Source: an uncultured Chloroflexia bacterium
GTDB lineage: Bacteria > Chloroflexota > Ktedonobacteria > Ktedonobacterales > JADMIN01
Length of the DNA: 32,000 nucleotides
Direction: 5' to 3'
Assembly (NCBI GenBank): GCA_963718915.1
Contig: CAVRAI010000001.1
Coordinates: 60,001 to 92,000, forward strand
In this document: positions 16,596-25,915 of the stretch, in pieces
Layout: every line of letters starts with the position of its first letter
Position numbering within the stretch: the stretch's first letter is position 1
The notes under the pieces: generated by a model
Database searches by the model: none
What the model was told of the DNA's origin: nothing
Seen by the model: the letters and a program-made list of their open reading frames with translations, nothing else
Program-made: the position numbers and the translations under genes

Positions 16596-18011
16596 TCAGT
16601 CGCCAACGGCTTGCAGAACCCATTCGGGAAGCTCCAATGGTCGCTCCATCTCCGGATCCAGCGGCGAGCGATACGGCTTGCCATTGGTGCGCCGTTCGAA
16701 GTCGGCACGGGCAGCCTGGCGCAGCGCGTCATTCGTCAGGAGGTCAACGCCGGTGGCCGCCAGCACGCGCGCGGCGGCGAACGCGCCTTTCAGGCCGATG
16801 CTGGCGCCGTGACAGGCGGTCGCGGCCCATGTGTGCATACCAATGTCCAGCGGTACCGTAGGCAGACCACATCCCATGGTAGGGGTGCACCAGCTGACAT
16901 CGCCTACATCAGTGGAAAACCCGAAGGCCGGTTCATCTTCAGAGAGGGGCGTAGGCGCCTGCGCCATCCCCTGTGGCTCAGCGCCGTTGTTCGTTTGTAG
17001 CTCGCGGGCGAAGGCTTGCTCGGCCTCGGTGTAGCTGGGAACCCCGACACGCTCCAGATGGACTTGCATGCATTCAGCCAGCGGACGATTCGGCAGCAAG
17101 TCGTACGCGCCGGAGTAGACCAGCGCCGCCGCCCGGGTCTGCGTCGCCAGCGCCGCGCCCTCAGCAATCTGCTTGATCCACGCAGTGGACGCCTCGACGT
17201 GTGCTCGGTCGATGTCACGCACAAACAAACGCATCCTGGCATAGTCTGGCACAATATTGGGCGCTTCGCCGCCCGCCTCGACAACATAATGGATTCGGGC
17301 GGTCGGCTCGACATGCTCGCGCATCAGATTGATACCGTGAGCGCACAATTCCATTGCGTGGAGCGCGCTGCGTCCATGCCAAGGGGCAGCCCCAGCGTGG
17401 GCAGCCGTGCCAAAGAACTCGATCCGCACGCTATTAATGGCCGCTGAGCGGTGATTGGCCACCTCGGCATCGGCGCCGGGATGCCAGTGCAGCACGGCAT
17501 CCAGATCGTCGAACAGCCCGACGCGCGCCATGTAGACCTTGGCCCCTTCGGTCTCCTCGGCGGCGCAGCCATAGACGCGCAACGCGCCGGGCAGCTGGTG
17601 CTCGTCCATAAGCTGTTTCAATGCCATGGCCGCCCCAATGGCAGCCGCCCCGAGCAGATTATGGCCACAGCCATGCCCGCTGGTCACGTGATCCTGACGA
17701 GGGGTTTTCTGTGGAACCGGTGCGTTACCCAGTCCTGGCAGCGCGTCGTATTCGGCCAGAATCCCAAGTCGAGGCTGACCAGGTTGCCATGCGCCCCATT
17801 CGGCAATGAACGCTGTCGGCACGTTCGCTGTGCCCCGGCTGCTTATCGTAAAGCCTGCATCTTCCAGGCAGGTCATCAGCAATCGTGCTGACTGCACTTC
17901 CTGGAGTGAGAGTTCCGCAAGCCTCCAAAGCTCACTGGCCAGCCGCTCCATCGTGGGTTGTGTCTGCTCGACAGCTTCATCGATCGCCGCAAATGAGACT
18001 TCTGATGTCAT
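16596..18011 (-). CDS. M20-family amidohydrolase (AbgB / aminobenzoyl-glutamate-utilisation-like)
   Basis: HGCGHNLLGAAAIGAA, EETEGAKVYM and HAGAAPWHGRSAL motifs. Start trimmed to the ATG at 18011 (GAAAGG upstream; 18035 is possible). The longer track ORF reads antisense through the duplicated GalT-like fragment. Confidence 0.85.
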   Translation of the reverse strand: MTSEVSFAAIDEAVEQTQPTMERLASELWRLAELSLQEVQSARLLMTCLEDAGFTISSRGTANVPTAFIAEWGAWQPGQPRLGILAEYDALPGLGNAPVPQKTPRQDHVTSGHGCGHNLLGAAAIGAAMALKQLMDEHQLPGALRVYGCAAEETEGAKVYMARVGLFDDLDAVLHWHPGADAEVANHRSAAINSVRIEFFGTAAHAGAAPWHGRSALHAMELCAHGINLMREHVEPTARIHYVVEAGGEAPNIVPDYARMRLFVRDIDRAHVEASTAWIKQIAEGAALATQTRAAALVYSGAYDLLPNRPLAECMQVHLERVGVPSYTEAEQAFARELQTNNGAEPQGMAQAPTPLSEDEPAFGFSTDVGDVSWCTPTMGCGLPTVPLDIGMHTWAATACHGASIGLKGAFAAARVLAATGVDLLTNDALRQAARADFERRTNGKPYRSPLDPEMERPLELPEWVLQAVGD

Positions 18012-18048
18012 CTGTGCGCCTTTCTGAGCAATCATCGTCCACACTGGC

Positions 18049-18200
18049 CGCAGAGTGGGTGGGCTTTCCGCTGGTAGCGTGTTTCGTCGATCACGCCGCC
18101 CTCCCTCGCCCAAACCTCCGATATCGCCGCGCTGGAACTCTTCGGTAGCAGCGTCACCGCCAGCGACCCCTTCGACGTGGCCCACAGCCTGCGCCTACTA
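18049..18200 (+). pseudogene. orphan, frameshifted copy of the last ~150 nt of the GalT-like gene (compare 10129..10283)
   Basis: By-eye alignment: long identical runs (aactcttcggtagcagcgtca, cgccagcgaccccttcgacgtgg) around a poorly conserved middle with a 1-nt indel. Translates as AEWVGFPLVACFVD... then ..DIAALELFGSSVTASDPFDVAHSL in a shifted frame. Confidence 0.75.
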
Positions 18201-18296
18201 TAGCATGGGTCGTACTGGCAGTTCATGACCAGATTCGGTCAACAAAATCGCGTATACTAAAGCAGCGAATGATCGCCAGCCGAAGGAGGAACTCGT

Positions 18297-19031
18297 GTGA
18301 TTGATGGTGAGCGATTCCAGATTCCACCGCGGTTGCGGCTGCAGTTGCTGGCGCTGCTTGCGCAAGACGGCGAGCAGGGAGTCGCCATGACCTACGATGA
18401 GTTTCTCGACTGGGCCGATGAAGATACCCTTGCTGAGTGGGTGAATGGAAGAGTTGTCACGACGAGTCCCGCCAGCCTGCGGCATCAAATGCTCGCACAG
18501 TTTCTCGCGCGCGTGCTGACTGGGTACGCTGAGGTTGGGCATCTGGGAATCGTGATAAGCGCCCCGTTCCAGATGAAGCTGGAACAATCCGGGCGCGAGC
18601 CTGATGTCTTGTTCGTCGCTGCGGCGCACCGTGATCGCCTTCATCCGACATATCTCGATGGCGCAGCCGATCTGGTCATCGAGATTCTCTCACCTGAGCG
18701 CGTTGGACGGGATCGCGGCGATAAGTTCTACGAATACGAGCGCGCCGGTATCCCGGAATACTGGCTCATCGACCCGGAGACCCACCGGGCAGAGTTCTAT
18801 CAACTGGATGAGCAAGGGCGCTATCAACTCGTTCCCGCCAACGCGGATGGAATCTATCACGCACACGCGCTGCCCGGCTTCTGGCTGGAAGTTGCGTGGC
18901 TCTGGCTCGATCCGCTGCCATCGCTCGAACAAACCTTGCTTGAGGTCGCTGGCGAACCGTATGCGCGCTATCTCATAGAGCAATTGCGTCGGCAGGGCTT
19001 CACCAGTGAGCCTGATCCAGACAAACCCTGA
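18297..19031 (+). CDS. Uma2-family (DUF820) putative restriction-like endonuclease
   Basis: AEWVNGRVV..SPAS..H..L...L, REPDVLFV and ADLVIEILSP....RD...K...YE.AGIPEYWLIDP motifs. GTG at 18297 has GAAGGAGGA 6 nt upstream. The ATG at 18387 is an alternative start. Confidence 0.85.
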   Translation: MIDGERFQIPPRLRLQLLALLAQDGEQGVAMTYDEFLDWADEDTLAEWVNGRVVTTSPASLRHQMLAQFLARVLTGYAEVGHLGIVISAPFQMKLEQSGREPDVLFVAAAHRDRLHPTYLDGAADLVIEILSPERVGRDRGDKFYEYERAGIPEYWLIDPETHRAEFYQLDEQGRYQLVPANADGIYHAHALPGFWLEVAWLWLDPLPSLEQTLLEVAGEPYARYLIEQLRRQGFTSEPDPDKP

Positions 19032-19053
19032 GCAGATCCAGATGTCAGTGATT

Positions 19054-19071
19054 GTCAGTCGCGCGACTGAC
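19054..19071. terminator. 18-bp perfect palindrome between convergent genes
   Basis: gtcagtcgcgcgactgac, 23 nt after the Uma2 stop and overlapping the ROK stop codon (19055..19057). Confidence 0.3.
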
Positions 19072-20035
19072 TCGCCGCCATCCAGGCCGCGCCGATGATG
19101 CCGGAGTCGTCGCCCAGCCCACACTTGAAGATTGTTAGCGAGCGCGTCGCCGCGGGCAGCGCAGCCTCATGGGCGCGCAGCGCGGCACGTTCGAGTACGA
19201 GCGGCGCTGCCTCGATCAGACCACCGCCAAGGACGATGCACTGCGGATTGTAGAAGGTCGCCAGCGAGCCAAGGCCCGCGCCCAGGTAGTCTGCTGCCTC
19301 GGTCACGGTCTCGATGACTAATTCATCGCCATCGTCAATGCAGCGCGCGATCAGCTTTGAGCGTATCGCGGTATCCCCTTCCTTCAGCAACTCGCGCAGT
19401 TTCGAGGGCCGACCCCGCTCTAGCTCCGCCAGCAGCACGCGCGTCATCGCCGAGCGCGAGGCGTAGGCCTCCAGATGGCCACGGCCGCCGCAGCCACAGA
19501 GACGCCCGCCATACTGCACGATAGTATGGCCAATCTCACCCGCCGTGCCAGTAATTCCGCGCCGAATCTGCCCGCCCTGCATGATCGCCGCGCCAACCCC
19601 GGTGCCGACAAAGACACAGACAAAGTCCTCATAGCCTCGGCCCGCGCCGAATTGCTGCTCGCCGTAGGTGGCGACCTCCACATCGTTACCGACGACCGCC
19701 GGAACGTTGAACTGCTTCTGCAGCAGATCAGCCAGCGCCAGATCCTTCAACCCCTGCGCCAGATTCGGCGAGGACAGCAAGACCCCCTTCGCGCGATCCA
19801 CCTGGCCAGCGATGCCGATGCCGATGGCGACGATGGCCGCGCTATCAGGCAGTTGCGCGGTATCCAGCGCCTCCTGAGCGACGGCGAGCAGCCGCTGGGA
19901 GAAGAAGTCCGCGCCACGCTCCGGGTGGGTGCGCTTGCGGGCGGTGGCAAGCACCTCGCCTGTCTCGGCATCGACAATACCCGCGTAGATTTTAGTGCCC
20001 CCAACGTCGATGCCCATCGCATAGCGTGCTGGCAT
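19055..20035 (-). CDS. ROK-family sugar kinase (glucokinase-like)
   Basis: GIDVGGTKI, GNDVEVATYGE, and the zinc motif GH....GG..CGCGGRGHLE. Start set to the ATG at 20035 (GAGGGGAG upstream). Confidence 0.85.
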   Translation of the reverse strand: MPARYAMGIDVGGTKIYAGIVDAETGEVLATARKRTHPERGADFFSQRLLAVAQEALDTAQLPDSAAIVAIGIGIAGQVDRAKGVLLSSPNLAQGLKDLALADLLQKQFNVPAVVGNDVEVATYGEQQFGAGRGYEDFVCVFVGTGVGAAIMQGGQIRRGITGTAGEIGHTIVQYGGRLCGCGGRGHLEAYASRSAMTRVLLAELERGRPSKLRELLKEGDTAIRSKLIARCIDDGDELVIETVTEAADYLGAGLGSLATFYNPQCIVLGGGLIEAAPLVLERAALRAHEAALPAATRSLTIFKCGLGDDSGIIGAAWMAASQSRD

Positions 20036-20110
20036 TGGTTTTCGCTCCCCTCGCTCGTGCTTTCCTGATACGCTCTCCGCGCAGCCCATTATATCGCGCG
20101 GGCCGAGCTA

Positions 20111-22399
20111 TCATGAGGGCACTGGAGCGGGTGCGCCATCGACGGTGACAGGCGGCGCGGACGATTGCAGGACAAACGGCGCCTGCGGGTCGGGCAGTTG
20201 ATGCCCCTCGCTGGCAAACCATGCCTGCACATCGAAGGGATGCTCGCCACGCGGCGGCTGGAGCCGCCGATAGGTATCATCTGGCAGGAGGATGCGCGCG
20301 TTGGCGGTATCGCGCAGGTAGGCGGGCAACACATCATGGATGACATGATTGCGTAGCGTGACATCCTCGATGGGAAAGAGCAACTCGATACGGTGATCCA
20401 GATTGCGCTGCATCACGTCGGCGCTGCCCATCAACACCTCTTCCTGATCCCCACCGCCATTGGCGAAATAGTAGATGCGGCTATGCTCCAGATTGCGCCC
20501 CACCAGGCTTACCACACGAATATGCTCGCTGACGCCGGGAATGCCTGGCCGCAGCGAACACATGCCGCGCACCACCAGATCAATCTCAACACCGGCCTGT
20601 GATGCGCGGTAGAGCGCCTGGATCATGGCGGGATCGACCAGCGAATTGATCTTGAAGATGAGCCGACCGGAACCATCCTCTTTGGCGCGAGTGATTTCGC
20701 GCTGAATGCGTGCAAGCAACCCGGCGCGCAGCGTCCCCGGCGCAACCAGCAGCTTATGGTAGGTGACGCCACGCGCGTAGCCCGTCAGCGCGTTGAAGAG
20801 ATTGGTGACGTCCTCGCCAATATCCTTGCGACAGGTGAGCAACGCAAAGTCCTCGTAGACGCGCGCCGTCGAGGCGTTGTAGTTGCCAGTGCCCAGGTGG
20901 ACGTAGCGACGCAAGCCGCTCATCTCCCGGCGCACAACCAGCGCCACCTTCGCGTGCGTCTTCAAATCTACCTGGCCATAGACCACATGGACGCCCGCGC
21001 GCTCGAGCATGCGCGCCCATTCGATGTTATTCTCCTCGTCGAAACGCGCCTTCAACTCCACCAGCACGGCAACCTGCTTGCCAAGGTTGTTGGCCTCCAG
21101 CAGCGCCTGAACAATCTGTGAGTTCTGGCCAACACGATAGAGCGTCTGTTTGATCGCCAGCACCTGTGGATCATACGCCGCCGCCTGGATGAAGTCCGTG
21201 ACGGTGCTGAAGGCGTCGTAGGGATGGTGCAGCAGCAGATCGCCGCGACGAATCGCCGCGAAGGGATCCTGCCCACGTCGTAACTCTGGCAACGAGCGCG
21301 GGATCAGCGGCGGATCCTTCAGGTCGGGGCGGTCCAGGTCGGTCAGCTCGGCGACATCGCTCAGGCCAAGCGGCGCATCTACCTCCCAGACATCCTCCGG
21401 CTGCATTTCCAGATTGGCTCGCAGCAGCTCGCGCACCCGCTTCGGCGTTCCCGTCTGGATGGTCAGATTAACCACCGAGCCAAAGCGGCGCTGGCGCAGC
21501 CCCTTCTCGATGCTTTCGAGCAAATCCCCCGCCTCATCACTCTGAATCTCGATGTCGGCGTCGCGTAAGACACGGAAGGGATAAGCGCCCGTCACCTCCA
21601 TCCCGGGGAAGAGCAGATCAAGATGCGCGGCGACCAGCTGCTCCAGCCAGACGAAACTGCTCGAATGCGGCTGAGCATCCACATGATTGCGCCCGCGGTT
21701 CTTTGGCGGCACAGGCACGAATCGCCGGATCGTCGCGGGCAGCTTGATGCGCGCGAAGAGCGCCGCCTCCACGGGATCGCGCAAAGTGACGGCGAGATTC
21801 AGGCTGCGGCTGGAGATGTGCGGGAACGGGTGCGCCGGATCAACGCCAAGCGGCGTCAGAACGGGCATGATATCGGAGCGGAAATAGAGATCGGCGGCCT
21901 CGCGTTGCGCGCGTGAGAGTTCTGAATAGTTGAGTAGATGAACACCGGCGTCGTCGAGGCGCGGCTGCAACTCGTTCTGAAAGTAGCGGCGTTGTTCCTG
22001 GATGAGATCCAGCAGCAGCGGACGCAGCACCTCAATCTGCTGCCCGGACAGCAGGCCATCCGGGCCGGTTTCCTTCACCTGCGCCGCCACGAGATCGTAC
22101 AGCCCGGCCATACGCACCATCAGGAACTCGTCTACCTGGCTGCCGACAAACGAGAGAAATCGGACACGGTCCAGTAGGGCATGCCGAGTTGATTCGGCTT
22201 CTTCCAGCACGCGGCGAATGAACGCCACCGTCGCCACTTCACGATTGATGTAGAGTTCGGGACGGGCAAACTGGCGGTCTTTCCCTTTGTGTGTGTGCCC
22301 GTTCCCATTCAGGCCATGGTCGGTTGTGACGACTTGCTCGGAATCGTCAGGAGCTGTCGCCAGTTTTACTGAGGCTTTGTGCGGCATGGTATGGTCCAT
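20111..22399 (-). CDS. ppk: polyphosphate kinase 1
   Basis: YINREVATVAFIRRVLEEA...RVRFLSFVGSQVDEFLMVR, HAKVALVVRRE and two PLD-like C-terminal halves. About 109 N-terminal codons of the track ORF removed. The ATG at 22399 or 22387 is plausible, and no strong SD precedes either. Confidence 0.88.
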   Translation of the reverse strand: MDHTMPHKASVKLATAPDDSEQVVTTDHGLNGNGHTHKGKDRQFARPELYINREVATVAFIRRVLEEAESTRHALLDRVRFLSFVGSQVDEFLMVRMAGLYDLVAAQVKETGPDGLLSGQQIEVLRPLLLDLIQEQRRYFQNELQPRLDDAGVHLLNYSELSRAQREAADLYFRSDIMPVLTPLGVDPAHPFPHISSRSLNLAVTLRDPVEAALFARIKLPATIRRFVPVPPKNRGRNHVDAQPHSSSFVWLEQLVAAHLDLLFPGMEVTGAYPFRVLRDADIEIQSDEAGDLLESIEKGLRQRRFGSVVNLTIQTGTPKRVRELLRANLEMQPEDVWEVDAPLGLSDVAELTDLDRPDLKDPPLIPRSLPELRRGQDPFAAIRRGDLLLHHPYDAFSTVTDFIQAAAYDPQVLAIKQTLYRVGQNSQIVQALLEANNLGKQVAVLVELKARFDEENNIEWARMLERAGVHVVYGQVDLKTHAKVALVVRREMSGLRRYVHLGTGNYNASTARVYEDFALLTCRKDIGEDVTNLFNALTGYARGVTYHKLLVAPGTLRAGLLARIQREITRAKEDGSGRLIFKINSLVDPAMIQALYRASQAGVEIDLVVRGMCSLRPGIPGVSEHIRVVSLVGRNLEHSRIYYFANGGGDQEEVLMGSADVMQRNLDHRIELLFPIEDVTLRNHVIHDVLPAYLRDTANARILLPDDTYRRLQPPRGEHPFDVQAWFASEGHQLPDPQAPFVLQSSAPPVTVDGAPAPVPS

Positions 22400-22487
22400 T
22401 CCGATGAAATGGCGAGTCGTTCGATTATGTTCGTTCAGGGTTGGGGAGCTTTCGTATACGTTATACAACGTGCGCGCGGGTATGAAT

Positions 22488-22522
22488 GACACGTTTTTTT
22501 CGGCAACGTGTCGTTGACGTGT
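22488..22522. promoter_or_regulatory. inverted plus direct ACGTGT half-sites in the ppk / BON divergent region (operator candidate)
   Basis: gacacgtt-ttttttcggc-aacgtgtc (8-bp arms) followed 11 bp later by another acgtgt. Confidence 0.2.
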
Positions 22523-22577
22523 GCGTTGTGAAGCGCCGGTATGCGGTTGTGAGTGTGGCCCGAGATAGCCCTGATGC

Positions 22578-22606
22578 TTGCCTGGGCCGCACTGCCATGC
22601 TACACT
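22578..22606 (+). promoter_or_regulatory. candidate sigma-70-type promoter TTGCCT-17-TACACT
   Basis: Exact 17-nt spacer, about 95 nt upstream of the ATG at 22704. Sequence match only. Confidence 0.3.
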
Positions 22607-22703
22607 CTGCAGTAAGAACGGTAATCTGGCAGTATTGCGCCTGGCGCGCTCCCATCTTCCGCAACAGCCGTGCCACCGCTTCGCCAAAGGACATAGAGGA
22701 CGT

Positions 22704-23690
22704 ATGCAACCATCCACTTCCACCACTCAATACGCCGCCGTCAGCAAGTATCGTTTCGGCGCGCCTGTGCTCACCGATGATGGCGACGAGGGTTCGCTCG
22801 ATTCGCTCATCGTCGACCCGCAGACGCATGCGATCACTGGCATGCGTGTCCGGTTTGGCCTGTTTGGCCGCGAGCTGTATACGCTACCCATCACCGTTAT
22901 CCGCCATGCCGCACCAGAGCGCGTCGATCTGCATGTGACACGCGAGGATCTGAAGCGGGCCTATAGCACGGTGACGGCGGTCATGTTGCTGACATCGAGC
23001 ACGCAGGTGGTGGTGGCGAACAAGTTGATTGGCAAGCTGGCGCAGGTGACGATCAACCGCGAGACGCATGTGCCGCGTCATCTGGTGGTGGAGCATGGTT
23101 TGCGGGCGGAGTCGGTCGTTCCCGCCCAGGGCATCAGCGCCATCGAGGGCAAGCGCATCGTCATCGGATCAGCCTCCGATACGACCGCTCCGGCGCTCAC
23201 ACCCTATCGCCCAGATGAAGAGCTGCACGAGGAGATACACTCAGCCATCTACGACTATCCGCGCCTGCGCATTGATCTGCCAGGCATCGGCATCCATGTC
23301 ATCGACGGCGTACTCTGGCTTCAGGGCCACGTCTCCAGCGATCTCAATAAGCGGTTGGTGCAGGATCAACTGATGGATATTCGTGGGCTGGGTGAGGTAC
23401 ACAACGAGTTGATCACCGATACGGACCTCGCGGGCGCGGTGGCGATGGCGCTGGCAAAGGATCCGCGCACGGCCCGCGAACGCATTGGCGTCTATCCAGC
23501 GCTGGGACATATCCATCTGCGTGGCCGCGCGCGCACAGGCGACGCTCGCACGGCGGCGTATGAGGTCGCGCGTGGCGTGCCAGGCATCAAAGATGTGGAG
23601 AACGCGCTGATCGTCGATCCGGACGCCGAGGTCATTCCGATCATGGCAGGCGTCACCAACGAAGAAGATCGCGTCCCCGGCGGCAATTAA
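22704..23690 (+). CDS. PRC-barrel-like x2 / BON-domain x2 protein
   Basis: Two BON-like units (IDLPGIGIHVIDGVLWLQGHVSS...V..I.G...V.N.L and IGVYPALGHIHLRGRARTG...A......VPGIKDVENAL). The N-terminal half has two G..V....G.LG.V..L..D repeats of PRC-barrel type. AGAGGA precedes the ATG at 22704. Confidence 0.6.
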   Translation: MQPSTSTTQYAAVSKYRFGAPVLTDDGDEGSLDSLIVDPQTHAITGMRVRFGLFGRELYTLPITVIRHAAPERVDLHVTREDLKRAYSTVTAVMLLTSSTQVVVANKLIGKLAQVTINRETHVPRHLVVEHGLRAESVVPAQGISAIEGKRIVIGSASDTTAPALTPYRPDEELHEEIHSAIYDYPRLRIDLPGIGIHVIDGVLWLQGHVSSDLNKRLVQDQLMDIRGLGEVHNELITDTDLAGAVAMALAKDPRTARERIGVYPALGHIHLRGRARTGDARTAAYEVARGVPGIKDVENALIVDPDAEVIPIMAGVTNEEDRVPGGN

Positions 23691-23725
23691 TGCCATCTCC
23701 GCAGGCCCTGTTGTTGTTTGCGCAG

Positions 23726-23908
23726 GCCGTAGCGTGATGAACTGTAACAAATTACCCCGAACAGGGTTCTGGGGTGGGCCGACCGCAGCCTGAAGACTGC
23801 GGCTAATTTCCCAGCCCCATTCGCCGTAGCATTCATGCTACGGCCAGCCTCGCCTCACCACGACGCGCGGTGTTCGGGGTAAAAAGTGAAAGTTCATCAC
23901 GCTACGGC
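23726..23908. repeat. 183-nt nested palindromic element (long imperfect inverted repeat enclosing two further hairpins)
   Basis: Outer arms gccgtagcgtgatgaact / agttcatcacgctacggc (18 bp) plus taccccgaaca / tgttcggggta (11 bp). Inner hairpins at 23783..23802 and 23824..23843. Lies between convergent genes. Confidence 0.55.
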
Positions 23909-24060
23909 GAATTTCCGCCAAACGACAACATCCCAAACAAAAGCAATATGAAACCAGCATGTACATCGCGCGCTACTGGACTGCGCATTGACGTACATGC
24001 TGGCTATTTATGTGTAGTGGTCCGGTGGCGGGGGACTACGTTATTGTCGAATCGCTGCGG

Positions 24061-24825
24061 TTACATGGCCGCCTGGCGCATCGAGCGCGTGGCCCAGAAC
24101 GTCGTCAGGATGGCCAGGACGCCGATGATGACGAACGCCTTGACGACCGATGCATCGCCAAAATTCCCGGCAACCAGGGACCGCGAGGCATCCACCGCAT
24201 AGGCGAATGGATTGAACTTGGCCACGTTTCGCAAGACATCAGGCGCTAGGGTGAGCGGCAGCATGATGCCTGAGAGCAGCATCAGCGGCAGCACAAACAG
24301 GTTGACCGTTGCCGCAAGCCCACCCTCATCCCGGATGAGCAGCGCCAGCGAGTACGAGAAACACGCCATCCCCATGCCGGCAAGGATCAGCAGCAGCGTC
24401 AGCACCGCCAGCCCACCTGGATCGGGGCGGAAGCCGAGCAGCAACCCAACCGCCACCAGCAGCGCGATCTGGATCAGGAAGAGGCACATATCAACGCCGA
24501 GCGAGCCGAGAATCATCGCCAGTCGGCTGACAGGGGTGACGCGCATGCGCTCGATGAAGCCGGAACGCAGGCGGCTGATGATGCCAAACCCGGCAAAGCC
24601 AACGCCGAAGATCGCCATCATCACCATCAGCCCTGGCGTAAAGATGTTATACGCGCCTCCGCTGGGGAAGCCCGGCACTCCCACCAGATTCTTGAGCAGC
24701 GGCGCGAAGAGCAGCATGTAGCAGATCGGCTGGAACAGGCCGATGAACACCCAGACCGGATTGCGCTTGGAGACGTTGAACTGTGACTTGAACATCAGCC
24801 AGCTATCGCGCAGGAGCTTGCCCAT
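24061..24825 (-). CDS. ABC-2-type exporter permease (DrrB-like)
   Basis: Six hydrophobic segments and an RNP.W.F..L.QP opening typical of ABC-2 permeases. Start set to the ATG at 24825 (GGAGAG upstream). Confidence 0.85.
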   Translation of the reverse strand: MGKLLRDSWLMFKSQFNVSKRNPVWVFIGLFQPICYMLLFAPLLKNLVGVPGFPSGGAYNIFTPGLMVMMAIFGVGFAGFGIISRLRSGFIERMRVTPVSRLAMILGSLGVDMCLFLIQIALLVAVGLLLGFRPDPGGLAVLTLLLILAGMGMACFSYSLALLIRDEGGLAATVNLFVLPLMLLSGIMLPLTLAPDVLRNVAKFNPFAYAVDASRSLVAGNFGDASVVKAFVIIGVLAILTTFWATRSMRQAAM

Positions 24826-24839
24826 AGATTCTCTCCGTT

Positions 24840-24866
24840 TCGTATCTATCGTATCTATCGTAGCTA
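24840..24866. repeat. 9-nt tandem repeat tcgtatcta x3 in the ABC intergenic spacer
   Basis: Two perfect units and one 1-mismatch unit, between the ATPase stop (24878) and the permease start (24825). Confidence 0.8.
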
Positions 24867-24877
24867 TTGCGATGGAG

Positions 24878-25915
<1,038 letters not shown>

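Noticed and set aside
18012-18185. N-terminal extension of the M20 ORF (MGHVEGVAGGDAATEEF...)
   Set aside because: It is the antisense reading of the duplicated GalT-like 3' fragment. The same peptide-like string appears in antisense ORF 10013..10381 opposite the real gene end.
22400-22726. The first ~109 codons of the 871-aa track ORF as part of PPK
   Set aside because: The PPK1 homology pattern starts only after the MDHTMPHKAS region. The extension is Arg/Cys/Trp-rich, has no resemblance to PPK, and covers the divergent promoter region.
23870-24202. 110-aa + strand ORF after the BON gene
   Set aside because: It starts inside the right arm of the palindromic element and runs antisense into the ABC permease 3' end. 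No SD or motif is present.
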